Positions 11,138-20,193 of a stretch of DNA of 64,000 nucleotides are shown here, in pieces. This stretch comes from Gemmatimonadota bacterium (lineage in GTDB: Bacteria > JBHIER01 > G020348925). The notes beneath the pieces were generated by a model. The model ran no database searches and was not told the origin of the DNA. It was given only the letters and a program-made list of their open reading frames with translations. The stretch's first letter is position 1. Each line of letters starts with the position of its first letter. A program made the position numbers and the translations under genes. Location of the stretch: positions 1,010,469 through 1,074,468 of the forward strand of contig CP070758.1 of NCBI GenBank assembly GCA_020348925.1, read 5' to 3'.

Positions 11138-11938
11138 TCAAACCAGAATATCCTTTTTACGGTAAAAGACATAACTTAACATAATCAATAAACAAGACAT
11201 TCCAAAAAAATATATCAATCGCCAAGCATCGAAACCATAATCTGGAGAGTGTGCTTTAAGATTGATGTATTTAAATGGAGAAAGGTACAGGAGAAACTGA
11301 ACCCTGCCAAATATTCGAATCATCATGTCAAAAAAGTATGTGCCCAGGACGATCCCTATTCCAATTCCTGTAATGGCTTTCGCACGTTTCATGACTACTG
11401 TTATAAAAAAACCCAGTATCCCGAAAAGTAAACATATGAGACAGCCATACGTGTGCAGGATTATTAATGATTTTAAATTGATTTCCCACTTCGAAACGAT
11501 ACCGCTTCCAAATAAAGCGGTAATAAACGCCAGTATGTTAATTCCCAGTATATGAATAAAAAAAGTAAAAAGTTTGCTTGAAATAATCTGATTTCTTGAT
11601 AACGGTCGGGATAATAAAAATTCAGCAGTTTTGTTCTGTTCCTCCTTGGATAATAACTTTGTACCGAGAATAATAGAATAGCATCCAATAATAATAGGTA
11701 CAAAATAAACAAAATAGGTAACGTAATACCCTAATACCTTATCCCATTGACTAAAATTCATAAACACCCGAAGTGATTGCGGTAGGGTGTAATAAAAATC
11801 TGTAGCCTGCGAGATAATTGTCTTCATTGATGCATATATGAAAAACGTAAAAGCAGTATATAATACAACAACAAGACTCGTTATAACAGTCCCCTTAAGA
11901 TTATTTTTAAATTCTTTCAAAAATAAATTTAGATTCAT
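11138..11938 (-). CDS. ABC-2 type transporter permease (integron cassette 2)
   Basis: EEQNKTAEFLLSRPLSR motif, ~6 TM, ends YRKKDILV. Confidence 0.9.
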   Translation of the reverse strand: MNLNLFLKEFKNNLKGTVITSLVVVLYTAFTFFIYASMKTIISQATDFYYTLPQSLRVFMNFSQWDKVLGYYVTYFVYFVPIIIGCYSIILGTKLLSKEEQNKTAEFLLSRPLSRNQIISSKLFTFFIHILGINILAFITALFGSGIVSKWEINLKSLIILHTYGCLICLLFGILGFFITVVMKRAKAITGIGIGIVLGTYFFDMMIRIFGRVQFLLYLSPFKYINLKAHSPDYGFDAWRLIYFFGMSCLLIMLSYVFYRKKDILV

Positions 11939-12838
11939 TTAATTCTTCTCACGACGAGAATGACTTTCATAGTAATGCATAAAAACTTCCTCCAAGTCTG
12001 GCTCAGTAATGGTAATTTTTTCAATAGGTAACTGGGAAAGTTCTTTCAATAATAGAGGTATTTCCCCTTGATAAAGAAAGGATGTACCATCTTTGGTTTT
12101 TTCCAATGAAATAACACCTGGTGATCGTAATGTGGTTTCATCCGTCCCTTCCTTAAGTCGAAATGTAATCCGACTCAAGAGTTTTTCTTTTAGTGAATGA
12201 ATGTCATCCTCAATAATAATCCTTCCATCTTTAATAAAGGCTATCCTATGACAAAATTTTTCGACATCACTGAGAACGTGTGAAGAAAAAAAGATGGTAG
12301 TGCCCTTCTCATTCTGTTCATTGAGAATATCAAAAAGATGATTTTGTATAAGCGGATCCAACCCACTCGTCGGCTCATCCAAAATAAGTAATCGAGGTTT
12401 ATGAATCAGGCTTTGGACTACAGCCACTTTCTTCTTATTGCCCATGGATAATTCAACAATTTTCCGAGACAGATCGAGATCCAGCGCATCAACCAACTGA
12501 TAAAAGTGATGATCAAGAGAGATCTTGTAAAAGCGGGCAGAATATTCAATAAGTTCTTTAACGGTCATGGTTTCATAATAATTAACTTCTGTTGGTATAA
12601 AGCCAACAATCTTTTTGATTCTTGGGCCATCCTTTGCTATATCATAATTAAAGATCTTGCCGCTACCACTCGTTGGAAATAATAAGCTGAGAAAAAGACG
12701 AATCGTGGTCGTCTTTCCTGATCCATTGGGGCCAATAAATCCAAAGATTTCACCTTCGTTTACCTTCAGATTAAGATCTATGATCCCCCTATCTTTACCA
12801 TAGTATTTAGTTAGTCCTTCTGTCTCTATGGCATACAT
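11939..12838 (-). CDS. ABC transporter ATP-binding protein (integron cassette 2)
   Basis: Walker A GPNGSGKTT, LSMG signature, LILDEPTSGLD. Confidence 0.95.
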   Translation of the reverse strand: MYAIETEGLTKYYGKDRGIIDLNLKVNEGEIFGFIGPNGSGKTTTIRLFLSLLFPTSGSGKIFNYDIAKDGPRIKKIVGFIPTEVNYYETMTVKELIEYSARFYKISLDHHFYQLVDALDLDLSRKIVELSMGNKKKVAVVQSLIHKPRLLILDEPTSGLDPLIQNHLFDILNEQNEKGTTIFFSSHVLSDVEKFCHRIAFIKDGRIIIEDDIHSLKEKLLSRITFRLKEGTDETTLRSPGVISLEKTKDGTSFLYQGEIPLLLKELSQLPIEKITITEPDLEEVFMHYYESHSRREKN

Positions 12839-13065
12839 TCCAATTTTTCCTATCAATTGCTTGGGATTGTATCAAAATTATAATTCAGCATTTACAAGAA
12901 AACGTAAATCTTTTTACTGAGTATTATGAAGATCAAATTATATTACCAGGTTCTGTTCATAAACCGTACTGTTTTATAAACATTGAAAATCCCAAAGAAC
13001 TGGATGCTCTTCACATCTTTTGTAGTGGAACAATAATACTCATTTACAGACCTGAAATATTAGCA

Positions 13066-13121
13066 ATATAACGCCCGGGCTCAGCGGCGCGATTAGCGTC
13101 CGCTGTAGCCCATTGTTGGGC
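13066..13121 (-). mobile_element. attC site (56 bp)
   Basis: GCCCAAC..GGCTACAGCGG..CCGCTGAGCC..GTTATAT with one extrahelical base; 9 bp after deaminase stop. Confidence 0.88.
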
Positions 13122-13130
13122 ATCAAATTG

Positions 13131-14003
13131 TCAGTTCTCTACCTTTATTATCATTTCTTCACAGTACGGTTTAAATGGTCGCAAAGAATCATAATTTCGT
13201 TTGAAACGCAAGTTCGGATGGAGTTGTTGAAGTAACGCCTGAGTAGGCTCTTCGTTTAATTGTCTGCAAACATCACGAGTATCCAAACCCAATATTTTGC
13301 ATGCTTCAAGGGTAGGGCAAAAGTTTTTTGAATGAATCACTAGTTTGTTGTCCTGCTTGTCCACAATAGGAGCTTCTTCAGCACTGATGCCAAGCTTCGT
13401 AAGAAAAAGTTGATAAGCAGTATCCAAAACATCATCATTATCACACTGGATATTTTGATTTTTAAACCAGTTAATCCTTTTATTTCTTAATTTATCAGCT
13501 AAATGGGAAAGTTCTTTTGAATCCACATTTCTTAATTGTTTAATACTTTTTCTAACTTGATTGTTGTAGAGAAGACTACACTCCTCTTTTTTCACATCTG
13601 TTATAATTTCGATTGAGGCACCTGCACGTTCGAATAACTCGCTACAAGTCAGATTGATGCGCCTTCTTCCCTGGGCTAATGAGTCCTTAATTGAATACCC
13701 GAATGCAATTTGCTTAAGACCTGCCCAGACAATTGCCGTAGAGCACATAGGACAAGGTTCGTGAGTTGAAACAAGCATGCAATTACTAAAATCACTGTCA
13801 AGTTGAACAGACGCATGTCGTATCACATTGATTTCCGCATGTGCTGTTGGATCTTTTGAAGTATTATCTGTATCGTGTGCTTTTGAGACAAGGACATTGT
13901 CTTTTATGATAACTGCTCCAAATCCACTATTTCCCTCTTGAAGTGATTTTTTTGCTTCATTGATTGCAATGTCCATATAATCAAGCGGATTATTCATTGG
14001 CAT
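13131..14003 (-). CDS. Zn-dependent nucleoside/nucleotide deaminase with extra Cys-rich C-terminal domain (integron cassette 1)
   Basis: HAE and PCPMC motifs; C-terminal NFCPTLEAC..VC..YCEE domain. Confidence 0.88.
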   Translation of the reverse strand: MPMNNPLDYMDIAINEAKKSLQEGNSGFGAVIIKDNVLVSKAHDTDNTSKDPTAHAEINVIRHASVQLDSDFSNCMLVSTHEPCPMCSTAIVWAGLKQIAFGYSIKDSLAQGRRRINLTCSELFERAGASIEIITDVKKEECSLLYNNQVRKSIKQLRNVDSKELSHLADKLRNKRINWFKNQNIQCDNDDVLDTAYQLFLTKLGISAEEAPIVDKQDNKLVIHSKNFCPTLEACKILGLDTRDVCRQLNEEPTQALLQQLHPNLRFKRNYDSLRPFKPYCEEMIIKVEN

Positions 14004-14014
14004 TTTCCTATGTT

Positions 14015-14180
14015 GCCCAACAATGAATATATTGGTCAGAATAAGAACAGAGACCTTCCATTCCTGTCAGTATAAGACAGGAATTTTCTGTCGTTCATAA
14101 TCAAGGTTAAGCATCATGTTTTTCATGCTATTCTCCGAGACCAAATCATTTATTGCACCGTCTTATATGGATCCATATAA
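14015..14180 (-). mobile_element. Probable attI site and associated repeats
   Basis: GTTGGGC core at 14021-14015 matches R'' GCCCAAC of the first attC; no attC hairpin here; upstream repeated TCTTATA motifs and palindrome TTATATGGATCCATATAA. Confidence 0.65.
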
Positions 14181-14198
14181 AATACCCTCTCCTCTGTC

Positions 14199-14336
14199 TC
14201 ATAAATTAACCACTGGGCTGCGAATACTTTTCCCACCACGGTTTAAAACATGAGTGTATATCATTTTGGAATATCCGCCACTTGAACATTCGATGTCATG
14301 ATGAGTTTTTTCTGGTTGCTTAATCAGCTTAAGCAT
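14199..14336 (-). pseudogene. intI: Integron integrase C-terminal remnant (45-aa ORF)
   Basis: Own translation MLKLIKQPEKTHHDIECSSGGYSKMIYTHVLNRGGKSIRSPVVNL*; MIYTHVLNRGG..RSP is the canonical IntI C-terminus including the catalytic Tyr. Confidence 0.8.
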
Positions 14337-14472
14337 ATAAAAACTTCTGCAGAAAGTCAAGAGAAAAAAATTGACAAAAAATTGTCAATAATGAATTTAT
14401 GGACTCATGCGTGTATGCGAAAAGGTGAGTATATCCTAAGCTGAGCGATTTATGAACTCAATGTACCAGTTT

Positions 14473-14583
14473 TGTTATTCTGAATCCCGAATCAAGTTCG
14501 GGACAGGCTCCGCAAGGCGAAGTGAAGAATCTCACTCATGAGGTAAGAGATTCTTCGTCCGATAAATCGGACTCAGAATGACA
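14473..14583. repeat. REP-like palindromic element (GTCATTC...GAATGAC family)
   Basis: GTTATTCTGAATCC..GAAGAATCTC..GAGATTCTTC..CTCAGAATGAC nested inverted repeats. Confidence 0.65.
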
Positions 14584-14680
14584 TTCAAGTCATGTCGTTT
14601 GCCAAGAATCTTTCAATTTATGTATATGTAAATGTGAGAGATAAGAGGAAGACAGCTGCGGTCAGGTGTTGTGGTGTTGA

Positions 14681-14871
14681 ATGCCCTGAAACGTGAGCTG
14701 CTGGACCGTCCGGCGAGCGGAGTGGCCGTTTTTTCCGCTGTTTGAGGGCAAGCGAAGCGAAACCGAGTTCGGAAAAAACAGCGCAGCGAGCCGTCGACGG
14801 TCCCGGCGAACGTTTTTCGGGCTGGCCTTTCTTTTTGATTCTTTTTCTTTGGCCAGCAAAGAAAAAGAAGG
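14681..14871 (+). repeat. ~190-bp structured dispersed repeat, copy 1
   Basis: ATGCCCTGAAACGTGAGC..GTTTTTTCCG..CGGAAAAAAC..GGGCTGGCC..TTTTCTTTGGCCAGCAAAGAAAA. Confidence 0.9.
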
Positions 14872-15006
14872 ACTTTCCTCTCAACAAAGGGTTCGAAGAA
14901 AACTAGACCGCCCAGGAACTTAGAGGGAAGATTGTAGTTTCAAGATGCGACCCCTTCCTTATGAGAGATAAGAGGAAGACAGTTGCGTCAGGTGTTGTGG
15001 TGTTGA

Positions 15007-15197
15007 ATGCCCTGAAACGTGAGCCGCTGGACCGACAGGCGAGCGGAGTGGCCGTTTTTTCCGCTGTCTGAGGGCAAGCGAAGCGAGACCGAGTTCGGAA
15101 AAAACAACGCGGCGAGCCGTCGACGGTCCCGGCGAACGTTTTTCGGGCTGCTCTTTCTTTTGCTTCCTTTTCTTTGAGCACACAAAGAAAAGGAAGG
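15007..15197 (+). repeat. ~190-bp structured repeat, copy 2 (tandem with copy 1, shares ~45-bp 5' flank)
   Basis: Direct alignment with copy 1 including GAGAGATAAGAGGAAGACAG..GGTGTTGTGGTGTTGA flank. Confidence 0.9.
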
Positions 15198-15509
15198 GCG
15201 TACAGGAAAGGGTATAAATGGAATCAGAGTTTTCCGACCTCTGCGTTCCCAGACAGAGTTTTGGAACGAGAGCGTCTCTCCTCAACCTTCTCGAAAAGAA
15301 CGTATATCCCGTTTTACACAATCAATCGACTCTTTCGCAGTTCTCTTTGAACTTTCCTTTGTATCCGATTGAAAATAATATATATTTATATCTCTGAAAA
15401 AGTGAGCGAGACCAACCAATGTCGCGGCAGTCAGAGCTGTTTCTTGAACCTGCCTCATGTTCGTAACTTGATGTAATTTAAGAAGTTTAAATTTATTTTC
15501 TGAGGAATA

Positions 15510-16547
15510 ATGGAACACGTCATCGACCTCCGAAGCGACACAGTCACAAAACCCTCCCCCGAAATGCGTCGGGCCATGGCCGAGGCGGTCGTGGGCGACG
15601 ACGTCTTCGGGGAAGATCCGACGGTGAACAGGCTTCAGGAGAGGGTGGCCGCGCTTTTAGGCAAAGAGGCGGCCCTCTTCGTCCCCTCGGGAAGTATGGC
15701 CAACCTGGTGGCCATCAGCGCCCACACCGAGCGCGGGGATGAGGTCATCATCGAAAAGAACGGACATACCTTCAACTACGAAAGCGGCAGTGTGTGTGCC
15801 GCAGCCGGCATTCAACTCCACCCGCAGCAGGGAGAACGAGGTGTATTGGACGCCGCTCAGATTGAAGCGGCCATCCGGCCCCCGGACCACCACTTCCCCC
15901 CGACCCGGCTCATCGTCCTGGAAAACACGCACAACCGTGGTGGCGGCACCGTCTATCCCATCGAAAAGATCGGGGAGATCAGGGAGCTGGCTCTCTCCCG
16001 GGGCATACAGATGCATCTCGACGGCGCCCGTCTGTGGAACGCCTGTGTGGCCTCCGGTCGCCGCCCCAGCGAGTACGCTCGGTACTTCGACTCGCTCATG
16101 ATGTGCTTCTCGAAAGGACTCGGGGCGCCCATCGGATCGGTTGTTGTTGGCTCGAAGGACTATATCGAGGTGGCCCACCGCTATCGGAAGCTCTACGGCG
16201 GCGGCATGCGACAGGTGGGTGTGATCGCTGCGGCCGCCCAGTACGCATTGGATCATAACGTCGACCGACTGGCCGAAGACCACGACCACGCGAAAATGCT
16301 GGCACAGGCCCTGGCCGGTTGTCCGGGCGTTGCCCTCAACCCTGATCTCGTCGAGACGAATATTATCATCTTCGATGTCTCATCCTCCGGCCGAAGCGGA
16401 CCGGACATAGTCCAGGATTTCAGAGAACAGGGAGTCCTCATGCTTGCCACAGGCCCTGCCTCTATCAGAGCGGTCACGCATCTGGACGTGTCGAAAGAGA
16501 ACATTGAAAAAGCTATCGAGGTGGTACAACAATCCTTCAGGAAATAA
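15510..16547 (+). CDS. ltaE: Low-specificity L-threonine aldolase
   Basis: [32 protein letters not shown] motifs. Confidence 0.95.
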   Translation: MEHVIDLRSDTVTKPSPEMRRAMAEAVVGDDVFGEDPTVNRLQERVAALLGKEAALFVPSGSMANLVAISAHTERGDEVIIEKNGHTFNYESGSVCAAAGIQLHPQQGERGVLDAAQIEAAIRPPDHHFPPTRLIVLENTHNRGGGTVYPIEKIGEIRELALSRGIQMHLDGARLWNACVASGRRPSEYARYFDSLMMCFSKGLGAPIGSVVVGSKDYIEVAHRYRKLYGGGMRQVGVIAAAAQYALDHNVDRLAEDHDHAKMLAQALAGCPGVALNPDLVETNIIIFDVSSSGRSGPDIVQDFREQGVLMLATGPASIRAVTHLDVSKENIEKAIEVVQQSFRK

Positions 16548-16599
16548 TCGTATGTCCGCTACAAATCCGGTCCATCACGTTCGACGCACGGCGCACGAC

Positions 16600-17316
16600 A
16601 TGGCGAAATCAATCATGACCAGAATCTTTGGCACCTCTCTCCTCTCCATAATCCTCATCACAGGCATGATCACCTCATGTCAAGGACCGCGTCAGGAGGA
16701 AGAAGCGGCAGGGATCTCTGAAAGGACGGCGATGCCGGAGCAGGAGATTCTGAAATTCCTGGATACGCTTTTTGTGTACGGTCAGGAGCACGAAATGTTC
16801 AACATGCCCCCTGGCGACGGTGAATTTCTCCGGCTCTGTGTGGCCGGCAGCGGCGTGCAACGGGCCCTGGAGATCGGAACCTCCAACGGGCTCTCGGCCA
16901 TCTGGATCGGCCTTGGATTATTGGAGTCGGGGGGAACATTGACGACCCTTGAAATCGACCACGAGAAGGCCGAGGAGGCAAAACGGAACATCCGGAAGGT
17001 CGGTATGGAGGATGTGATCGAGGTGATCGAGGGCGATGCCTTCGAAGTGATTCCAAAACTTGAGGGGACCTTTGATTTTGTCCATCTCGACGCCTGGAAA
17101 GAGGAATACAAAAGGTTTTTTAATACGTTCAATCCGAAACTGGAGCGCGGAGGCCTCATCGCCGCCCACAACGCCGTCCTCATGGCCAGCTACATGCAGG
17201 ATTACTTGGACGCCGTCCGGGCCGATCCCGAGTATATTACGGCCACCGTTCAAACCAGCAACGACGGTTTTGCTCTCAGTTATAAGAGAAATTCGCATTC
17301 CCGGGACAACGATTGA
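16600..17316 (+). CDS. SAM-dependent O-methyltransferase with putative lipoprotein signal
   Basis: LEIGTSNGLS, FDFVHLDAWK, GGLIAAHN; N-terminal hydrophobic stretch ending ITSC; start uncertain (16552 or 16600). Confidence 0.85.
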   Translation: MAKSIMTRIFGTSLLSIILITGMITSCQGPRQEEEAAGISERTAMPEQEILKFLDTLFVYGQEHEMFNMPPGDGEFLRLCVAGSGVQRALEIGTSNGLSAIWIGLGLLESGGTLTTLEIDHEKAEEAKRNIRKVGMEDVIEVIEGDAFEVIPKLEGTFDFVHLDAWKEEYKRFFNTFNPKLERGGLIAAHNAVLMASYMQDYLDAVRADPEYITATVQTSNDGFALSYKRNSHSRDND

Positions 17317-17846
17317 AAAGAGCCGTTCATCATTCTTTTATCGAACTCGTCCAGGGCGATATCACGGGGATGGAGACCGACGCCATCGTCAATGCGGCCA
17401 ATGAGCGCTTGGCCCACGGGGGTGGTGTGGCCGGCGCCATCGTTCGGAGGGGCGGTCGCGTCATTCAGGAGGAAAGCACCCGCTGGGTCCAGGAGCGCGG
17501 ACCGGTCACCGTCGGTACTGCGGCCATCACATCGGGCGGCAACCTCAAAGCGAAACACGTCATCCACGCTGTGGGTCCGCGAATGGGTGAGGGGGATGAG
17601 GACGCCAAACTGAAAGGGGCAACCCTCAGCAGTCTCGAGCTGGCCGACGAGTACGGTCTCAAAAGTATCACGTTCCCGGCCATCAGCACCGGCATCTTCG
17701 GTTACCCCCTGGAGCGCTGCGCCCCAATTATGCTGACAAATACATTTGCATACTTACAGGGAAAGACCAATCTGGAATTGGTTGTTTTCTGCCTCTGGGA
17801 CAAAGAAGCATTTCATACTTTCCAGCAGACGTTAGAAGAACTGTAG
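17313..17846 (+). CDS. Macro domain protein (O-acetyl-ADP-ribose deacetylase, YmdB-like)
   Basis: GDIT, AIVNAAN, GGGVAGAI, HAVGP, PAISTGIFGYP. Confidence 0.95.
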   Translation: MKRAVHHSFIELVQGDITGMETDAIVNAANERLAHGGGVAGAIVRRGGRVIQEESTRWVQERGPVTVGTAAITSGGNLKAKHVIHAVGPRMGEGDEDAKLKGATLSSLELADEYGLKSITFPAISTGIFGYPLERCAPIMLTNTFAYLQGKTNLELVVFCLWDKEAFHTFQQTLEEL

Positions 17847-17894
17847 AACCTTCATTCTATTTACTACATAAAATCCATCAAGGAGGTTTATTCT

Positions 17895-19526
17895 ATGTCC
17901 AACGGATTCATTCACGTTTCAAAACCGAAAAATGAACCTGTCCGTTCCTATGCTCCGGGTACACCTGAACGCGATTCGCTGAAAGCGAAGCTGGAGGAGA
18001 TGAGGAGCCGGGAAATCGAGATCCCGCTTCTCATCGGTGGTGAGGAGATCAGAACCGGGAAGATGGCCAAGTGCATCTGTCCCCACGACCATCAGCATGT
18101 TCTCGCTCAGTACCATAAGGCCAGCACGGCCGAGGTGAACCGTGCTGTCGAAGCAGCGCGCAAGGCCTGGGCCGAATGGTCGGACATGGACTGGCGCGAC
18201 AGGGCGTCCATCTTTCTCAAGGCCGCAGAACTTTTAGCGACGAAGTACCGGGATATTCTCAACGCGGCGACGATGCTGGGGCAATCGAAAACCGTCTTTC
18301 AGGCCGAGATCGACTCCGCCTGCGAGCTCATCGATTTCTACCGCTTCAACCCCTATTATATGAATGTAATTTACGAGCATCAACCCGATTCCTCCCCCGG
18401 CATTTGGAACTACATGGAGCATCGGCCCCTGGAGGGATTCGTTTTCGCCGTCACCCCATTCAACTTCACGTCCATCGCCGGGAATCTGCCGACATCGCCG
18501 GCCATGATGGGCAATACGGTCCTGTGGAAACCGGCCTCCTCAGGCGTCTACCCGGCCTATTTTCTCATGCGATTGTGGAGAGAGGCAGGGCTGCCGGACG
18601 GCGTCATCAACTTCGTTCCCGGTCCCGGCGGTCAGGTGGGCGATCCGGCCATGAACAACGAGGAGCTGGCCGGCATCCATTTTACAGGATCGACCCAAAT
18701 CTTTCAGGATATGTGGAAGACAATCGGCAACAACATAGCCAAATATCGTTGCTACCCGCGCATCGTCGGCGAGACGGGAGGGAAAGATTTCGTCTTCGTC
18801 CACGCCTCTGCCGATACCGAGGCCACCGCAACGGCTCTGATCCGAGGCGCCTTCGAATATCAGGGACAAAAATGTTCGGCAGCCAGCCGGGCCTATATCC
18901 CCGATACCCTCTGGCCGAACATCAAGGAGTCTCTTCTGGCACAGTTGAAAACGCTCAAGATGGGCGATCCCATGGACTTCACCAACTTCATGTGCGCCGT
19001 CATCGACAAGGCGGCCTTCGGTGACATCACCGGCTACATCGACTATGCTAAGGAATCAAACGAGGCCGAAATACTGCACGGCGGCAACTACGACGATTCC
19101 ATCGGTTACTTCATCGAGCCCACTGTCGTTCTGACGACGAACCCCAGGTTCAAGCTCATGGAGGAGGAGATTTTTGGGCCGGTGTTGACCGTCTACGTCT
19201 ATCCGGAAGCAAAATACGCCGAGACTCTTGAGCTGTGCGACACGACGTCGCCGTATGCCCTCACCGGTGCCATCTTCGCCACCGACCGGGCCGCCATTGC
19301 CCAGGCTTTCAAAGCGCTCCGGCATGCAGCGGGTAATTTCTACATCAACGATAAGCCCACCGGGGCGGTCGTCAGTCAGCAGCCCTTCGGTGGTGCCCGA
19401 GCCTCCGGTACGAACGATAAAGCCGGGTCGGTGCTCAATCTCATTCGCTGGGTCAGTCCCCGTTCGGTCAAGGAGACCTTTGTCCCACCCACGGATTATC
19501 GCTATCCGTTCATGGCGGAAGAATAA
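17895..19526 (+). CDS. pruA: L-glutamate gamma-semialdehyde (P5C) dehydrogenase
   Basis: EIDSACELIDF, ETGGKDF, EYQGQKCSA, QQPFGGARASGTNDKAG. Confidence 0.95.
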   Translation: MSNGFIHVSKPKNEPVRSYAPGTPERDSLKAKLEEMRSREIEIPLLIGGEEIRTGKMAKCICPHDHQHVLAQYHKASTAEVNRAVEAARKAWAEWSDMDWRDRASIFLKAAELLATKYRDILNAATMLGQSKTVFQAEIDSACELIDFYRFNPYYMNVIYEHQPDSSPGIWNYMEHRPLEGFVFAVTPFNFTSIAGNLPTSPAMMGNTVLWKPASSGVYPAYFLMRLWREAGLPDGVINFVPGPGGQVGDPAMNNEELAGIHFTGSTQIFQDMWKTIGNNIAKYRCYPRIVGETGGKDFVFVHASADTEATATALIRGAFEYQGQKCSAASRAYIPDTLWPNIKESLLAQLKTLKMGDPMDFTNFMCAVIDKAAFGDITGYIDYAKESNEAEILHGGNYDDSIGYFIEPTVVLTTNPRFKLMEEEIFGPVLTVYVYPEAKYAETLELCDTTSPYALTGAIFATDRAAIAQAFKALRHAAGNFYINDKPTGAVVSQQPFGGARASGTNDKAGSVLNLIRWVSPRSVKETFVPPTDYRYPFMAEE

Positions 19527-19537
19527 TTACGAGAAAG

Positions 19538-19620
19538 GGTTACGTTTGCGGTTGAGAAACCCGTATCTGTTTACGGTTACGTTTTTCGTCACGGAATTTC
19601 AGACGTAACCGTAACCGTAT
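19538..19620. repeat. GGTTACG/CGTAACC short-unit palindromic repeat (second copy ~25195-25254)
   Basis: Repeated GGTTACGTTT and CGTAACCGT units. Confidence 0.55.
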
Positions 19621-19776
19621 AACATATCCCCATAGAATCGGTAAGCCCTTGCCACCAGGCAAACTATATACTATCTTTAGTGCTCGATGTCCGAATCGTA
19701 TGACGATTTAGGGGCTGGGCTTGCTAAAATGAAGATTCTATATATGTGATAGTCTACCATTCATTCAGAGGCATCT

Positions 19777-20193
19777 ATGGAAATCAAAAGACTGAAAGTA
19801 TCACCGGGCAAGTGCAGCGGATGCCGATTGTGTCTGCAGATTTGCGCTATCAGCCATCATCATGAAACCAATCCCAAAAAGGCCAGATTGAAAATCGAGG
19901 CACGTTTCCCGCAGCCGGGAAAATACAAGCCCAGAGTCTGCGTGCAGTGCGGCAAGTGTATGGAGGTTTGCCCCGAGGGCGCCATCTCCCGCCGCGATGA
20001 CGGTGCCTATATCGTGCTCACAGAACAATGCACCAATTGCGGCGAATGTATCCCGGTCTGCAAGCCCGATGTGATATTCCAGCACCGTGACATAGGGCAT
20101 GTTTTAATCTGCGACAACTGTTTCAAATGCGTCGAGCTGTGCAACACCGGCGCACTCACAATGCAAACCAGGCTGGTAAAGGAGACCAAGTAA
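19777..20193 (+). CDS. 4Fe-4S dicluster (polyferredoxin) subunit of AOR
   Basis: Four CxxCxxCxxxC motifs; stop overlaps AOR start (TAATG). Confidence 0.92.
   Translation: MEIKRLKVSPGKCSGCRLCLQICAISHHHETNPKKARLKIEARFPQPGKYKPRVCVQCGKCMEVCPEGAISRRDDGAYIVLTEQCTNCGECIPVCKPDVIFQHRDIGHVLICDNCFKCVELCNTGALTMQTRLVKETK

Noticed and set aside
14681-15197. Possible CRISPR array or attC array from tandem repeats
   Set aside because: Units are ~190 bp, dispersed, without regular spacers or R boxes, and no cas genes are present.
14618-15321. Small similar ORFs such as MLAKEKESKRKASP (also 35767, 37076, 31369)
   Set aside because: Shadow translations of the ~190-bp repeat; frames and lengths are not preserved between copies.
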